Assembly: GCA_030066085.1 (NCBI GenBank)
Contig: JASJCI010000001.1
Span: 132,380-196,379, forward strand
Source: Gammaproteobacteria bacterium
Lineage (GTDB): Bacteria; Pseudomonadota; Gammaproteobacteria; GCA-001735895
Direction: 5' to 3'
Length of the DNA stretch: 64,000 nucleotides
Shown here: positions 20,374-30,183 of the stretch, in pieces
Layout: the number at the start of each line of letters is the position of its first letter
How positions within the stretch are numbered: position 1 is the first letter of the stretch
The notes under the pieces: model-generated
What the model saw: only the letters and a program-made list of their open reading frames with translations
Told to the model about the DNA's origin: nothing
Databases searched by the model: none
Translations under genes and position numbers: made by a program

Positions 20374-22113
20374 ATGGACAGACCGGTTAAAGGCCTCCCG
20401 CTACAGATCGCATCCACGGTCCTGAACGGGTTCAATCGCCATTTCACGATCTTCAGCAAGATTACCAAGGGTGCGAAGGAACGTTTCGAGAACGCCGACT
20501 GGCATGCCGAGCGCGCAGCATCGCGCGAACGCATCGCGTTTTACGACAAGCGCGTCAAGGACGCGATCGCGGACCTGCAAAAAATGTTCAACCTCGAGCC
20601 TTTCGACAGCCGGCTGTGGTTCGACGTCAAACGCGAGTATGTGCAGCTGATCAGCGATCACCTGCAGCCGGAACTGGCGGAGAGTTTCTACAACTCGGTT
20701 TTTTGCGCGCTTTTTCACCGCGACTATTTCGGCAACGACTACATCTTCGTGCGCAGCGCGGTGTCGACCGAGTTCATCGATTCCGACAAGCCTTCCTACC
20801 ACGTGTATTACCCGGCCAGGCGCGGTATCCGCTCCTCCATCAAGCAGGTCCTGCTCGACAGCGGCTTCAACCTGCCGTTCGAGAACATCGACCGCGACGT
20901 GCGCTACATCACGCGCTCCCTGATTCGGCATACCTTCCCGCACCCGCGGCGCGTGCACCTGAACTTCCAGTTCCAGGTCATCAGCGCGGTGTTTTATCGC
21001 AACAAGGCCGCCTACATCGTCGGCCGCGCGATGAATTCGAACAAGGTCGTCCCGTTCGCGATCCCGATCCTGCACGGCGGCGAGGATACGATCTACTGCG
21101 ACGCGATCATTATCGGTCGCCAGGGTCTCGCGCGCCTGTTCGAGTTTTCCTACGTTTATTTCATGGTCGACCACCCCGTGCCGTCGTCGATCGTGACCTT
21201 TCTGCGGCGCCTGATTCCGACGCGCAACAAGGAATCCTTTTACTCCGCGATCGGTTTCCACAAGCAGGGCAAGACGGTCTTTTTCCGGGAGTTCCTGCAT
21301 CATCTGAAACACTCCGAGGACGAGCTGGTTTTTGCTCCCGGGATAAAAGGCATGGTCATGGCCGTTTTCACGCTGCCGTCCTACCCCTACGTGTTCAAGG
21401 TCATTCGCGACCGTTTCCCGCCGCCGAAAAAGACCACGCGCCAGGAGGTGCTGGACACCTATCGCCTGGTCAAGATGCACGACCGCGTCGGCCGGATGTC
21501 GGATATTCTCGAGTATTCGCACGTCGCGCTGCCGCGCAATCGGTTTTCCGCGGACCTGCTGGAAGAGCTCTACGACACCTGCGCCAACAGTATTTCCGAG
21601 GAAGGCGACCAGATCGTAATCAAGCACCTGTACATCGAGCGCCGCATGACGCCGCTCAACATTGCCGTCGCGGAAGCCGACGACGAGTATCTCGACAAGT
21701 TGATGAAAGGCTACGGCCAGGCGATCAAGGACCTGGCGGCAGCCAACATCTTCCCGGGCGACCTGTTGCTGAAAAACTTCGGCGTAACCGGCCAGGGCCA
21801 GGGCCGCATCGTGTTCTACGACTACGATGAAATCTGTTACCTGACCGAATGCAATTTTCGCGAGATCCCGGCAGCGCGTTACCCCGAGGACGAATTTGCC
21901 GCCGAGCCCTGGTACAGCATCGCCGCCAACGATATTTTTCCGGAACAGTTTGCGACCTTCCTGTTTGCCGACCAGCGCGTGCGCAAGGCTTTTCTGAAAT
22001 ATCACCGCGACCTGCTCGATGCGGATTTCTGGATTCAGAAACAACGCAACATAGAGGACGGGATCTACGAGGACGTGTTTCCCTACCCGCAGAAAATCCG
22101 CTTCAAACGCTGA
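20374..22113 (+). CDS. aceK: Isocitrate dehydrogenase kinase/phosphatase AceK
   Basis: 579 aa from ATG 20374 (MDRPVKGLPLQIASTVLNGFNRHF...), colinear with AceK along its length including the kinase-domain region (VIKHLYIERRMTPLN...GDLLLKNFGVTGQGQGRIVFYDYDEI). Confidence 0.9.
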   Translation: MDRPVKGLPLQIASTVLNGFNRHFTIFSKITKGAKERFENADWHAERAASRERIAFYDKRVKDAIADLQKMFNLEPFDSRLWFDVKREYVQLISDHLQPELAESFYNSVFCALFHRDYFGNDYIFVRSAVSTEFIDSDKPSYHVYYPARRGIRSSIKQVLLDSGFNLPFENIDRDVRYITRSLIRHTFPHPRRVHLNFQFQVISAVFYRNKAAYIVGRAMNSNKVVPFAIPILHGGEDTIYCDAIIIGRQGLARLFEFSYVYFMVDHPVPSSIVTFLRRLIPTRNKESFYSAIGFHKQGKTVFFREFLHHLKHSEDELVFAPGIKGMVMAVFTLPSYPYVFKVIRDRFPPPKKTTRQEVLDTYRLVKMHDRVGRMSDILEYSHVALPRNRFSADLLEELYDTCANSISEEGDQIVIKHLYIERRMTPLNIAVAEADDEYLDKLMKGYGQAIKDLAAANIFPGDLLLKNFGVTGQGQGRIVFYDYDEICYLTECNFREIPAARYPEDEFAAEPWYSIAANDIFPEQFATFLFADQRVRKAFLKYHRDLLDADFWIQKQRNIEDGIYEDVFPYPQKIRFKR

Positions 22114-22164
22114 AGGCCGGCGTTGCGACCGCTCGCACGGCCGTCGAGCCGCGACCTGCAGGTG

Positions 22165-23418
22165 CTACAGCGATCCGAGGTGCGCCTCGATCATCCTGAT
22201 CTTGTCGCGCGATTTTTTCAGGAACTCCAGGATCTCTTCGATCGCAAGTCCGCCCATACCGAGCTTGGCGAAGGCCGGCAGCGCCGCAATCGGCGGCAGG
22301 TTTTTCTGTTCGGCGCTACCGATCATCGCGTGGTAGCGGGCAATCAGCACCAGGTCGCACAGGTCGGGGGTATCGGCCGGATTACGGAACCAGTCCCCGC
22401 ACTGCTGCCCCACATCGACCATTTCGGGGCCGAAATTCCATTCCTGCAACAGCATTCCGGTTACCTGGGGACGCAGTGCCATCACGGCCTGTCGCAGCCT
22501 CGCCGGATCGTTGCGCATTTCATCGTTTTGCTGCGCGTACTGCAGGATGGCGACTTCACCGATCCCGTGCACCAGGCCCGCCAGCTGTGCCTGCTCGGCG
22601 TCGAATCCATCGAGCCGCTCGGCCAGCAGGCGACACAGGCTGGCCACGTGCATGCTGTTTTTCCAGGCTGCCTGCATCTGCGTTTTCATCGCCGAGGTCT
22701 TGCTATCGAACAGGTCCTTGACCACGTAGCTCATTACCAGTTTGCGCGTATTCTCGAGGCCGAGCCGCACGACCGCCTGCTGCAGGCTCTCGATAGTTGC
22801 ATGACCGCGATACAGCGCGCTGTTAGCGACCATGATCATCTTGGCGGTTATTACCGGGTCTGACTGGATTATTACGCCAACCGTACCGGGTGTTACCAGG
22901 TTGTCGGCAAATGCCTGCTGAATACGCTGGGCAACGTCGGGCAAACTGGGCAGCACCAGGTTACCGGCGAGCAAATCGTTGAACAGCTGGATTTCGAACA
23001 TGGACTGTTCGGCGGTGTCGTCGATTGCGAAGGGATCCGCGCCTTGCGCCGGCTCCGGGTCGATCTCGCGCCGGGCAAACTCGCCGAGCTGCTCCGGGTA
23101 CAGCTTGATGAAGCGCGCCTGGTCCTCGGCCACGATGCGATACATGCTGGGGCGAATCCCGGCAACCGGATAGATTTCCCCGTCCTCGCTGCCGCTGTAG
23201 CGGATTTGCTGACGATCGTGCGTGCTTCCCTGCAGCGCACCCTCGACAAGGTAGAGACTGGAGTTTTCGGTACTTCCCAGTTCGACCAGACAGGATCCGG
23301 CTGGCGCCGTCTCGATTTGCAGGGTGTTGGCGAGGTTTTGCAGCTGCCGGTCGTCAAACTGGCTCAGGCTGCGGATTCGCCGCAGGAGGTGTATATCGGG
23401 ATGATTTGCGCCTTGCAC
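22165..23418 (-). CDS. Signal-transduction protein with N-terminal cNMP-binding-like domain and C-terminal HDOD domain
   Basis: 417 aa. N-terminal beta-barrel-like segment (SCLVELGSTENSSLYLVEGAL) and HDOD-type region (LPSLPDVAQRIQQAFADNLVTPGTVGVIIQSDPVITAKMIMVANSALY...). Confidence 0.65.
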   Translation of the reverse strand: MQGANHPDIHLLRRIRSLSQFDDRQLQNLANTLQIETAPAGSCLVELGSTENSSLYLVEGALQGSTHDRQQIRYSGSEDGEIYPVAGIRPSMYRIVAEDQARFIKLYPEQLGEFARREIDPEPAQGADPFAIDDTAEQSMFEIQLFNDLLAGNLVLPSLPDVAQRIQQAFADNLVTPGTVGVIIQSDPVITAKMIMVANSALYRGHATIESLQQAVVRLGLENTRKLVMSYVVKDLFDSKTSAMKTQMQAAWKNSMHVASLCRLLAERLDGFDAEQAQLAGLVHGIGEVAILQYAQQNDEMRNDPARLRQAVMALRPQVTGMLLQEWNFGPEMVDVGQQCGDWFRNPADTPDLCDLVLIARYHAMIGSAEQKNLPPIAALPAFAKLGMGGLAIEEILEFLKKSRDKIRMIEAHLGSL

Positions 23419-23544
23419 GCCTGTTCCGGGTATAGCTTTCAGACTTACTTAGTTTAGCTGCTCGGCGTCGTTTGCAAGGGGGTGTCCACGAAATTTCTGC
23501 CGGCAGGCAGCGGTCGGCGGCCGCCGCTTCTGCGTCGGCCCGCG

Positions 23545-24672
23545 TCACAGCGGCTGCGCACTGCGTCGAATCCTGGCCTCGACACACAGCGCATTGAGCA
23601 TTTTCCGGTCGAGTACCTCGGGGTAGAGACGATGGAAGCGATCGACTTCGAGCGCGTTCGCGCGCGCGGCACGTTCGAGCCGCTGGCGATCTTCGGACGA
23701 CAGTCCCTGCAGCATCAGCAGGCGTGGCGCGAGGCGGTCGAGGTATAGCCGACAAAGGCGGCTGTGTTCTTCCTGCACCCAGTCTTCGCGAATGAGGAAG
23801 GTCGGGAACTCGATATCCGTTGCTTCGGCACGATCGAACCAGGCCGCTCGCGGACTGGGGCCTGCGCGCTGCGCGACCAGGCTCTCGAGGCGTGCATTGA
23901 CCGGCGGGACATAATCCTCGGTTGCGTCGCGCTCGTCCTCGATCGGCATCTGGCTGGCAGGCATGGCAGCCCATACGGGTCTTACCATCGGTTTACCGAA
24001 GTCCTCGCTGTCGGCGCACGAGCGCAATAGCGCCAGCGGCTTTTGTTCGCATCGATCCAGCAGCCAGTATTCGAAACGATCGCTTGCGGGATACGGCAGC
24101 TGTGAATCGGAAATCCAGGCGCAAAGGCGCTCGATCGTGCGCGCCACGACCTCGGTAGCAAACACCGGATGCAGCGACAGCCGCTGCAGGCCCGCCGGCG
24201 TGATGCTGGCGACGGCGGTATACTTTTCACGCGCTGTATTCGTATCGGCGCGAGTCGAACCGGTGTCGAGCGCGAAGCGGAACTGAATCTCCCAGTTTTC
24301 ACCGTCCATGCTCAACGCCCTCGCATCGCCGCACTCGACGATCTGCAGCTGCCCGCTAAAGGGCGGCAGCATTCGTTTGGAGTAGGCATGTAGCGCGCCA
24401 TCCTGCTCCCCGCTGGCGCGCGTTACCGCCTCGGTTGGCGCCGCAGGGCCTTGCTCGACACCTCGTGCCGATCCGGCATCCATGCCGCCGCCCCGGTGTC
24501 GGCGAAACCAGGATATCGGCTTGAACAAGTCGCGTAACATGATGCTCCGGATGCTGCGGGTCCTATCGGGTGCGGGCATTATTGCCTGTTGTCCCGCACA
24601 TATCCATCCCGTGCGACCCCGGTCGCGCGGGCAAGCAAGTCCGGGGAAACACCCCGGGACCGGCAACGGCAA
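23545..24672 (-). CDS. Hypothetical protein (start uncertain; possibly at MLRDLFKP, 24540)
   Basis: 375 aa GC-rich ORF co-directional between the HDOD and TPR-like genes. No recognisable motif. Confidence 0.4.
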   Translation of the reverse strand: MPLPVPGCFPGLACPRDRGRTGWICAGQQAIMPAPDRTRSIRSIMLRDLFKPISWFRRHRGGGMDAGSARGVEQGPAAPTEAVTRASGEQDGALHAYSKRMLPPFSGQLQIVECGDARALSMDGENWEIQFRFALDTGSTRADTNTAREKYTAVASITPAGLQRLSLHPVFATEVVARTIERLCAWISDSQLPYPASDRFEYWLLDRCEQKPLALLRSCADSEDFGKPMVRPVWAAMPASQMPIEDERDATEDYVPPVNARLESLVAQRAGPSPRAAWFDRAEATDIEFPTFLIREDWVQEEHSRLCRLYLDRLAPRLLMLQGLSSEDRQRLERAARANALEVDRFHRLYPEVLDRKMLNALCVEARIRRSAQPL

Positions 24673-24844
24673 TCATCATCGCCAGGGTATGGGTCGATCC
24701 CGGCAGGATCCGGACCGAGCCGGGTGCAGCGACCACCGGGTTACCGATCCGCGACAGGCGCGGGTCAGGCGGTGTAATCGCGCGCCTGCAACGGGGCCGC
24801 GCCTGCCAGACAACGAACGCCGCAACAGCTCGGGCGCGCCCCGC

Positions 24845-26515
24845 CTAGTCCGTCTCGACGGCCCGCATCGCGGCCTGGGCACAGTGACAGGAAGCGCCTA
24901 CCGGCAGGTCGGAACGGGCTGCGGCCAGTTCGAGGCGCTGACGGATCATCTTCGCTTCCGCCGTATCGTCGGCGCCGCGCCGGCGCAGGCACTCGTCGAG
25001 TCCCTTGAGACTCCAGATGTTGTCCGGATGGATGCAGGCTCGCGGCAGTTTACCGGCGAGGCCGAGATCCTCCCGGTAGGCCAGCTCGGCCTGCTCGACC
25101 AGGCCCTGTTCCAGCGTCAGGGCACCGAGCGCATGGCGTACGGGCTGTATCCATCCCCAGGGTTCGTCGTAGGGTAGCGCATCTTCGAGCTCGATCGCTT
25201 TACGCAGGTGGGCAAAAGCACGGTCGTGATTTTGCTTGCGGTACTCCAGTTCACCATCCAGCATGTGCTCGGCTATGTCGAGCAGGTCGAGACAGCGGAT
25301 ATTGTGCAGGTAGCGGCTGTCGGCGACCTCGGCACGCGCCTCGAAAAACTTCGCGCGCTCCGCTTCCGACTCGGCCACTTCACCCAGCGCGGCGTGAGCC
25401 ACGCCCTTCGCGTAGTGCAGCATGGCCGTGGTATGACAATAGAGCTGCCGATCCTCGGGCAGGGGCTCGGCGATGATATCGCGCCAGCGGCCAAACCGAA
25501 TCTGCACGTGAACCTTCATCGAGATGTAACTCTCGAGGAAATCGGCCATCGGCGGGCTCTGCTGGTGCAGCAACTCCACCGGAATCTCGCTGATCATCTC
25601 TTCGGCCGCGGCCATGGCCGGTTGGTATTGCCCGAGATACATCGCGCCGTAGATCGCAAAATGATAATTGTGCACGCGGTAGCCGGTGTAGAAGTTCATC
25701 CGCCCTTCTCGCTCGGCGATTTTGAGGTCGGCCTCGATCCCCTTCTGGTTCCAGTAAAGCGTGTCGCGGTAGTGACCGCACTGGATGTCGATATGGGTCG
25801 CCATGTGGATGAGGTGGCCGGCATCGGGCACCAGTTCACGCAGACAGTCGCCGGCTGCCAGCGCCTTTTCCGGGGTCGGCGACATCTCCATCAGGTGGAC
25901 ATAGAGGTGAAGAATACCGGGATGGGCGCGACCCTCGGGGGTATCGACGAACCTTTCGAGCACCTGCTGCGCCTCGATCGTGCCGGCGCCCTCGGCAACC
26001 CGGTTGTTGCGGATGTCCCACATTTTCCACGGGGTTCGATTCAGAATCGACTCTGCGTATATCGTGGCAACCTCGATATCATCGGGATAGTCCCGGTAAA
26101 CATCTTTCATCGCGGCGGCAAAATCATCGTTCCACGGCGACTGGTCTTCGATCGGTTCTCGCTGGGGGTAGCGCGCCTGCAGGGCTTCGATCAGCGCCCG
26201 TTCGACCGGGGTCGGCTTTGCGACGAGTTCGAGGGCGGCGCGGGTGCTGTCGTAGGCCCTGCCGAGAGCGTCGGCCCGGGTGGCCGCGTCCATCATCCAC
26301 CACTCGAAGTTGTAATTGGGTCCGGCCGCGTAAGCCACGCCCCAGTGCGCCATGGCACAGTCGGGGTCGTGCTCCAGTGCCTGCCGAAAGCATTCGATCG
26401 CCTGTTCGTGGTTGTAGGAATAGGTCCAGACCAGGCCGCGATCGAACCAGCGTTGTGCATCATCGGAACCTGTCGAGACCCGCCGCGAGTAGGTTCCAAG
26501 GTCGTAGTAAGCCAT
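24845..26515 (-). CDS. Hypothetical TPR-like helical-repeat protein
   Basis: 556 aa, cytoplasmic, with repeated A/W/Y-rich helical hairpins (ECFRQALEHDPDCAMAHWGVAYAAG...). No catalytic motif identified. Confidence 0.55.
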   Translation of the reverse strand: MAYYDLGTYSRRVSTGSDDAQRWFDRGLVWTYSYNHEQAIECFRQALEHDPDCAMAHWGVAYAAGPNYNFEWWMMDAATRADALGRAYDSTRAALELVAKPTPVERALIEALQARYPQREPIEDQSPWNDDFAAAMKDVYRDYPDDIEVATIYAESILNRTPWKMWDIRNNRVAEGAGTIEAQQVLERFVDTPEGRAHPGILHLYVHLMEMSPTPEKALAAGDCLRELVPDAGHLIHMATHIDIQCGHYRDTLYWNQKGIEADLKIAEREGRMNFYTGYRVHNYHFAIYGAMYLGQYQPAMAAAEEMISEIPVELLHQQSPPMADFLESYISMKVHVQIRFGRWRDIIAEPLPEDRQLYCHTTAMLHYAKGVAHAALGEVAESEAERAKFFEARAEVADSRYLHNIRCLDLLDIAEHMLDGELEYRKQNHDRAFAHLRKAIELEDALPYDEPWGWIQPVRHALGALTLEQGLVEQAELAYREDLGLAGKLPRACIHPDNIWSLKGLDECLRRRGADDTAEAKMIRQRLELAAARSDLPVGASCHCAQAAMRAVETD

Positions 26516-26737
26516 CTGCGACTAACCTCCCGTTAGCGTACGGCCCCGAGTGTAACCCCGGCCCGGGTCGAGTTTAAACTTATCAATGCATTGCCATGGC
26601 GCGGAGAACGGTGGCTCGAATCGTGACCGGGCGAACCGGTTGCGATCGACCTGCCCGCTGCATCGGGGCTCGCAGGCGGGCGTCGGCAGCCACGACACCG
26701 AGGATATTGGGTGGCAGCTGCGGACAGGGCGGAATCA

Positions 26738-27217
26738 TCAGAGCAAGGCCTCGGCGGACAGCAGGATACCGTCCTCGTCACTGTAGAGATACTCGCCCGG
26801 GCGAAACACCGCGCCGAGGAACTCGAGTGTGATGCCGGCCTCGCCCCGATCTTCCTTGACACTGCGTCGCGGATTGGTGGCGAGCGCCTTTACGCCGAGG
26901 TCCATTGCGCCGACCTCGACCGAATCGCGCAGGCAGCCATTGATGACGACCCCCGCCCAGCCGTTCTCGATCGCCTTTGCCGCCATCATGTCACCGAGCA
27001 TCGCACAGGTCAGCGAGCCGCCGTTATCGATTACCAGCACCCGCCCCTCGCCCGGCGCCCAGATCAATTCACGCACGCGGCTGTTGTCGTTATCGGAGCG
27101 TACCGTCGCGATCGGACCGTGGAAACGGGTCCTGCCGCCGAAGTTGATTAGTGCGGGCGTAACCACCTGCATATCGGAATCGGCGGCATCGAGCAAATCG
27201 GCGGTTTTGAAGGTCAT
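26738..27217 (-). CDS. rraA: RraA-family protein (regulator of RNase E activity A / 4-hydroxy-4-methyl-2-oxoglutarate aldolase fold)
   Basis: 159 aa from ATG 27217 (MTFKTADLLDAADSDMQVV...GEGRVLVIDNGGSLTCAMLGDMMAAKAIENGWAGVVINGCLRD). Confidence 0.8.
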   Translation of the reverse strand: MTFKTADLLDAADSDMQVVTPALINFGGRTRFHGPIATVRSDNDNSRVRELIWAPGEGRVLVIDNGGSLTCAMLGDMMAAKAIENGWAGVVINGCLRDSVEVGAMDLGVKALATNPRRSVKEDRGEAGITLEFLGAVFRPGEYLYSDEDGILLSAEALL

Positions 27218-27234
27218 CGAGTTTCTCCAAACTT

Positions 27235-27412
27235 TGTCCCCGATCAAGGGACCTATTACGGGGACAGTTTACTAAATTGTTTCGGGGACAGTTTAATATT
27301 GGCCCGATCTTATTGGGTTTACCTGGTCTCAATCAACTAGCAGGGCATGCAAATCATTGAAATAATGAAGGATTTCCATGGTGTCCCCGATACAAAAAAG
27401 TAAACTGTCCCG
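27235..27412. repeat. Cluster of short direct and inverted repeats (CGGGGACAGTTTA x2 direct, TAAACTGTCCCG inverted, TGTCCCCGAT x2) in the aceA-rraA intergenic region
   Basis: Read directly: TGTCCCCGAT at 27235 and 27382, CGGGGACAGTTTA at 27259 and 27283 (24-nt period), inverse copy TAAACTGTCCCG at 27401. The segment is AT-rich relative to the genome. Confidence 0.5.
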
Positions 27413-27435
27413 GAAAAACTGAAAAAATCGCAGGC

Positions 27436-27466
27436 AAAAAAAAAGCCCGCGATGAAATCGCGGGCT
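27436..27466 (-). terminator. Rho-independent terminator of aceA (GCCCGCGAT-TTC-ATCGCGGGC + T9 on minus strand)
   Basis: Plus strand reads A9-GCCCGCGATGAAATCGCGGGC, 23 nt after the aceA stop. On the minus strand it is a 9-bp stem followed by a T-run. Confidence 0.65.
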
Positions 27467-27488
27467 TTCGACCGGTTGGCGAGGTCGG

Positions 27489-28793
27489 CTAGAACTGCTC
27501 TTCCTCGGTCGAGCCCGCCATCGCGGTGACCGACGAAGAACCGCCCTGGATCGTGGTGGTGACGTCGTCGAAGTAGCCGGCACCCACTTCCTGCTGGTGC
27601 GAGACGAAGGTATAACCCTTGTCGGCAGCGGCGAACTCCGGCTCCTGCACCTTCTCCACGTAGTGCTTCATGCCTTCGCCACGCGCATAGTCGTAAGCGA
27701 GATCGAACATGCTGTACCACATGCTGTGGATGCCCGCGAGGGTAATGAACTGGTACTTGTAGCCCATCTCGGCGATCTTCTCCTGGAACGCGGCGATGTC
27801 CTTGTCGTCGAGGTTTTTCTTCCAGTTGAAAGACGGCGAACAGTTGTAGGCCAGCAGCTTGCCGGGGTGCACAGCGCGCACGGCCTCGGCCCACTCGCGG
27901 GCGAAGCCGAGATCCGGGGTACCGGTTTCACACCAGACCAGGTCCGCGTACCTGGCGTAGGACACACCGCGCGAAATCGCCTGCTCGAGACCGTTCTTGA
28001 CGACGTAGAAACCTTCCTCGGTGCGCTCGCCGGTCAGGAACGGGCGATCGGCTTCGTCCACGTCCGAGGTCAGCAGGTTCGCGGCCTCGGAGTCGGTACG
28101 GGCCAGCAGTACCGTCGGCACGCCGGAAACGTCGGCGGCCAGGCGCGCCGCAATCAGCTTCTGCACCGCTTCCTGGGTAGGCACCAGTACCTTGCCGCCC
28201 ATGTGTCCGCACTTCTTGACCGCGGCGAGCTGGTCTTCGAAATGGACACCGGCAGCGCCGGCGCCGATCATGTTCTTCATCAGCTCGAAAGCGTTCAGCA
28301 CGCCACCGAAACCGGCCTCGGCATCGGCCACGATCGGCAGGAAGTAATCGATGAAATTTTCGTCGTCCGTATCGATTCCACGGCTCCACTGGATCTCGTC
28401 GGCGCGGCGAAAGGCATTGTTGATTCGGCGGACCATGACTGGCACCGAGTCGTAGGCATACAGCGACTGGTCGGGATACATGGTTTCGGAGGTATTGCCA
28501 TCGGCGGCGACCTGCCACCCCGACAGGTAAATCGCCTCGATGCCGGCCTTGGCCTGCTGCACGGCCTGGCCCGCGGTCAGCGCGCCCATGCAGTTGACGT
28601 AGCCCTTGGTGGCTTCGCCGTTCACCTGGCGCCAGAGTTTTTCCGCGCCCAGGCGCGCCAGCGTGTTTTCCGGCTGTACCGAACCGCGCAGGCGCACGAC
28701 ATCCGCCGCGGAATAACCGCGTTCGATGTTTTGCCAACGCGGGTTTTCGCGCCACTCCCGCTCCAGCGCGGTGATTTGCTCGTCTCTCGTCAT
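27489..28793 (-). CDS. aceA: Isocitrate lyase
   Basis: 434 aa from ATG 28793 ([20 protein letters not shown]...). Carries the catalytic KKCGHMGGK signature and the ICL family pattern throughout. Confidence 0.95.
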   Translation of the reverse strand: MTRDEQITALEREWRENPRWQNIERGYSAADVVRLRGSVQPENTLARLGAEKLWRQVNGEATKGYVNCMGALTAGQAVQQAKAGIEAIYLSGWQVAADGNTSETMYPDQSLYAYDSVPVMVRRINNAFRRADEIQWSRGIDTDDENFIDYFLPIVADAEAGFGGVLNAFELMKNMIGAGAAGVHFEDQLAAVKKCGHMGGKVLVPTQEAVQKLIAARLAADVSGVPTVLLARTDSEAANLLTSDVDEADRPFLTGERTEEGFYVVKNGLEQAISRGVSYARYADLVWCETGTPDLGFAREWAEAVRAVHPGKLLAYNCSPSFNWKKNLDDKDIAAFQEKIAEMGYKYQFITLAGIHSMWYSMFDLAYDYARGEGMKHYVEKVQEPEFAAADKGYTFVSHQQEVGAGYFDDVTTTIQGGSSSVTAMAGSTEEEQF

Positions 28794-28917
28794 CTCGTTG
28801 TTTCTCTTGAAATTTATGGTCAAATCAAAGGGTTGGAAACACGTACCCACCCGTCCCCAGGCTAGCGACTATACCCGAGTAAAGCCATTTAAAAAGCCAA
28901 TTTGCTCAATCTAGTCT

Positions 28918-28946
28918 ATTGGATAATCCAATGAAATAATCCAATG
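28918..28946. promoter_or_regulatory. Palindrome ATTGGATAATCCAAT (LTTR-type T-N11-A box) overlapping tandem ATAATCCAATG x2, in the divergent aceA / LysR-regulator intergenic region
   Basis: Read directly at 28918-28932 (palindrome) and 28923-28946 (two 11-nt direct repeats with 13-nt period). AT-rich 330-nt divergent promoter region. Confidence 0.35.
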
Positions 28947-29127
28947 TGGATAGCTTATTGTGTCGTCGTACCAACCGCGTTACCACCGACGAATCGACAT
29001 TTTCGGCTAACACCTGCAGCCCGCTGGAAATTCGCGTCTCGCGTATCGGCTGGTCAATTAAATAAATACATCCTGTTTGATTTTCGCATTGAGAAGATCA
29101 ATAATTAAGCGCTATTCGGGGGCTGGC

Positions 29128-30048
29128 ATGGCAAACACTTACTACAAGCAAAACCACCTTAAAAAACTGCGTGCCTTTTGTCAGACGGCCAAACTGGGCA
29201 GCATGACCAAGGCTGCCGAATCCCTGTTCGCCAGCCAGCCGACCATCTCGCTGCAGATCCATGCGCTCGAGGAAGAAATGAACACGACGCTGTTCGAGCG
29301 CAGTGGACCAAAACTCTCGCTGACCACCGAGGGCGCTATTCTCTACGATCTCTGCCTGCCCCACGTACAGGGGATCGACCGGCTGAAGGAAACCTTCGAC
29401 GCGCACTGCGGCAACCTGACTTCGGGCGAGCTGAGCATAGCCGCCGGCGAATCGACCATTCTTTATATACTGCCGGAACCGGTGGGCCAGTTCGCGCGGC
29501 AATATCCGGCGATCAAGCTGCGCCTGGCCAACGAGACAGGACGCAACGGCATGGAGATGCTGCGCACGGACTCGGTCGACTTCGCCGTGGGTTCGATGCT
29601 CGAAGTGCCGGACGACCTGGTTTACGACCCGATCGTGACCTACAACCCGGTCGTGATTACGCCGCTGGAACACCCGCTGGCAAGACTCGAGCGCATTACG
29701 CTCACCGATATCGGCAAGTACGGACTGATACTGCCGCCACGCCACCTGTCCACCTGGCATATCGTCAAAATGGTTTTCGCCCAGCACAACGTGAACTTCC
29801 GCGTCACGCTCGAGGCCGGCGGCTGGGAAGTGATCAAGCGCTACGTCAGCCTGGGCCAGGGCATTTCGATCGTCACCGACGTCTGTATCACCGACGACGA
29901 TCGCGCCCGGATGAGCGTAATCCCGGTCGAGCAGTATTTTCCCAAGCGCAGCTACGGCATCGTCACGCGCAAGGGGAAATTCCTGTCGGCACCGGCCAAG
30001 CGCTTCATCGAGATCATGAACGAATGTTTCGGGCGCGAGGCGGTTTAG
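29128..30048 (+). CDS. LysR-family transcriptional regulator
   Basis: 306 aa from ATG 29128 (MANTYYKQNHLKKLRAFCQTAKLGSMTKAAESLFASQPTISLQIHALEEEMNTTLFER...). wHTH plus LysR substrate-binding fold. Divergent from aceA and upstream of the prpE-like gene. Confidence 0.8.
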   Translation: MANTYYKQNHLKKLRAFCQTAKLGSMTKAAESLFASQPTISLQIHALEEEMNTTLFERSGPKLSLTTEGAILYDLCLPHVQGIDRLKETFDAHCGNLTSGELSIAAGESTILYILPEPVGQFARQYPAIKLRLANETGRNGMEMLRTDSVDFAVGSMLEVPDDLVYDPIVTYNPVVITPLEHPLARLERITLTDIGKYGLILPPRHLSTWHIVKMVFAQHNVNFRVTLEAGGWEVIKRYVSLGQGISIVTDVCITDDDRARMSVIPVEQYFPKRSYGIVTRKGKFLSAPAKRFIEIMNECFGREAV

Positions 30049-30183
30049 ACCAGCATTGTCGACAATTACGCTGTCGAAGCATTGTTTTTCCGAATATAAC
30101 GCATTAAAAACGAGATATTGTCAACAATTCCGCGCTGTAATAGCATGCGCGGCAAACAGAGACGCACAACCGAGGGGGCATTC

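Noticed and set aside
20401-22044. 547-aa minus-strand ORF and 404-aa plus-frame ORF (20616-21830) inside aceK
   Set aside because: AceK homology is continuous on the plus strand in one frame. The alternative ORFs have biased R/G/A/P composition typical of off-frame GC-rich DNA.
27361-27400. Micro-ORF MKDFHGVPDTKK within the repeat cluster
   Set aside because: Only 12 codons and it overlaps the repeat units, so it is more likely incidental.
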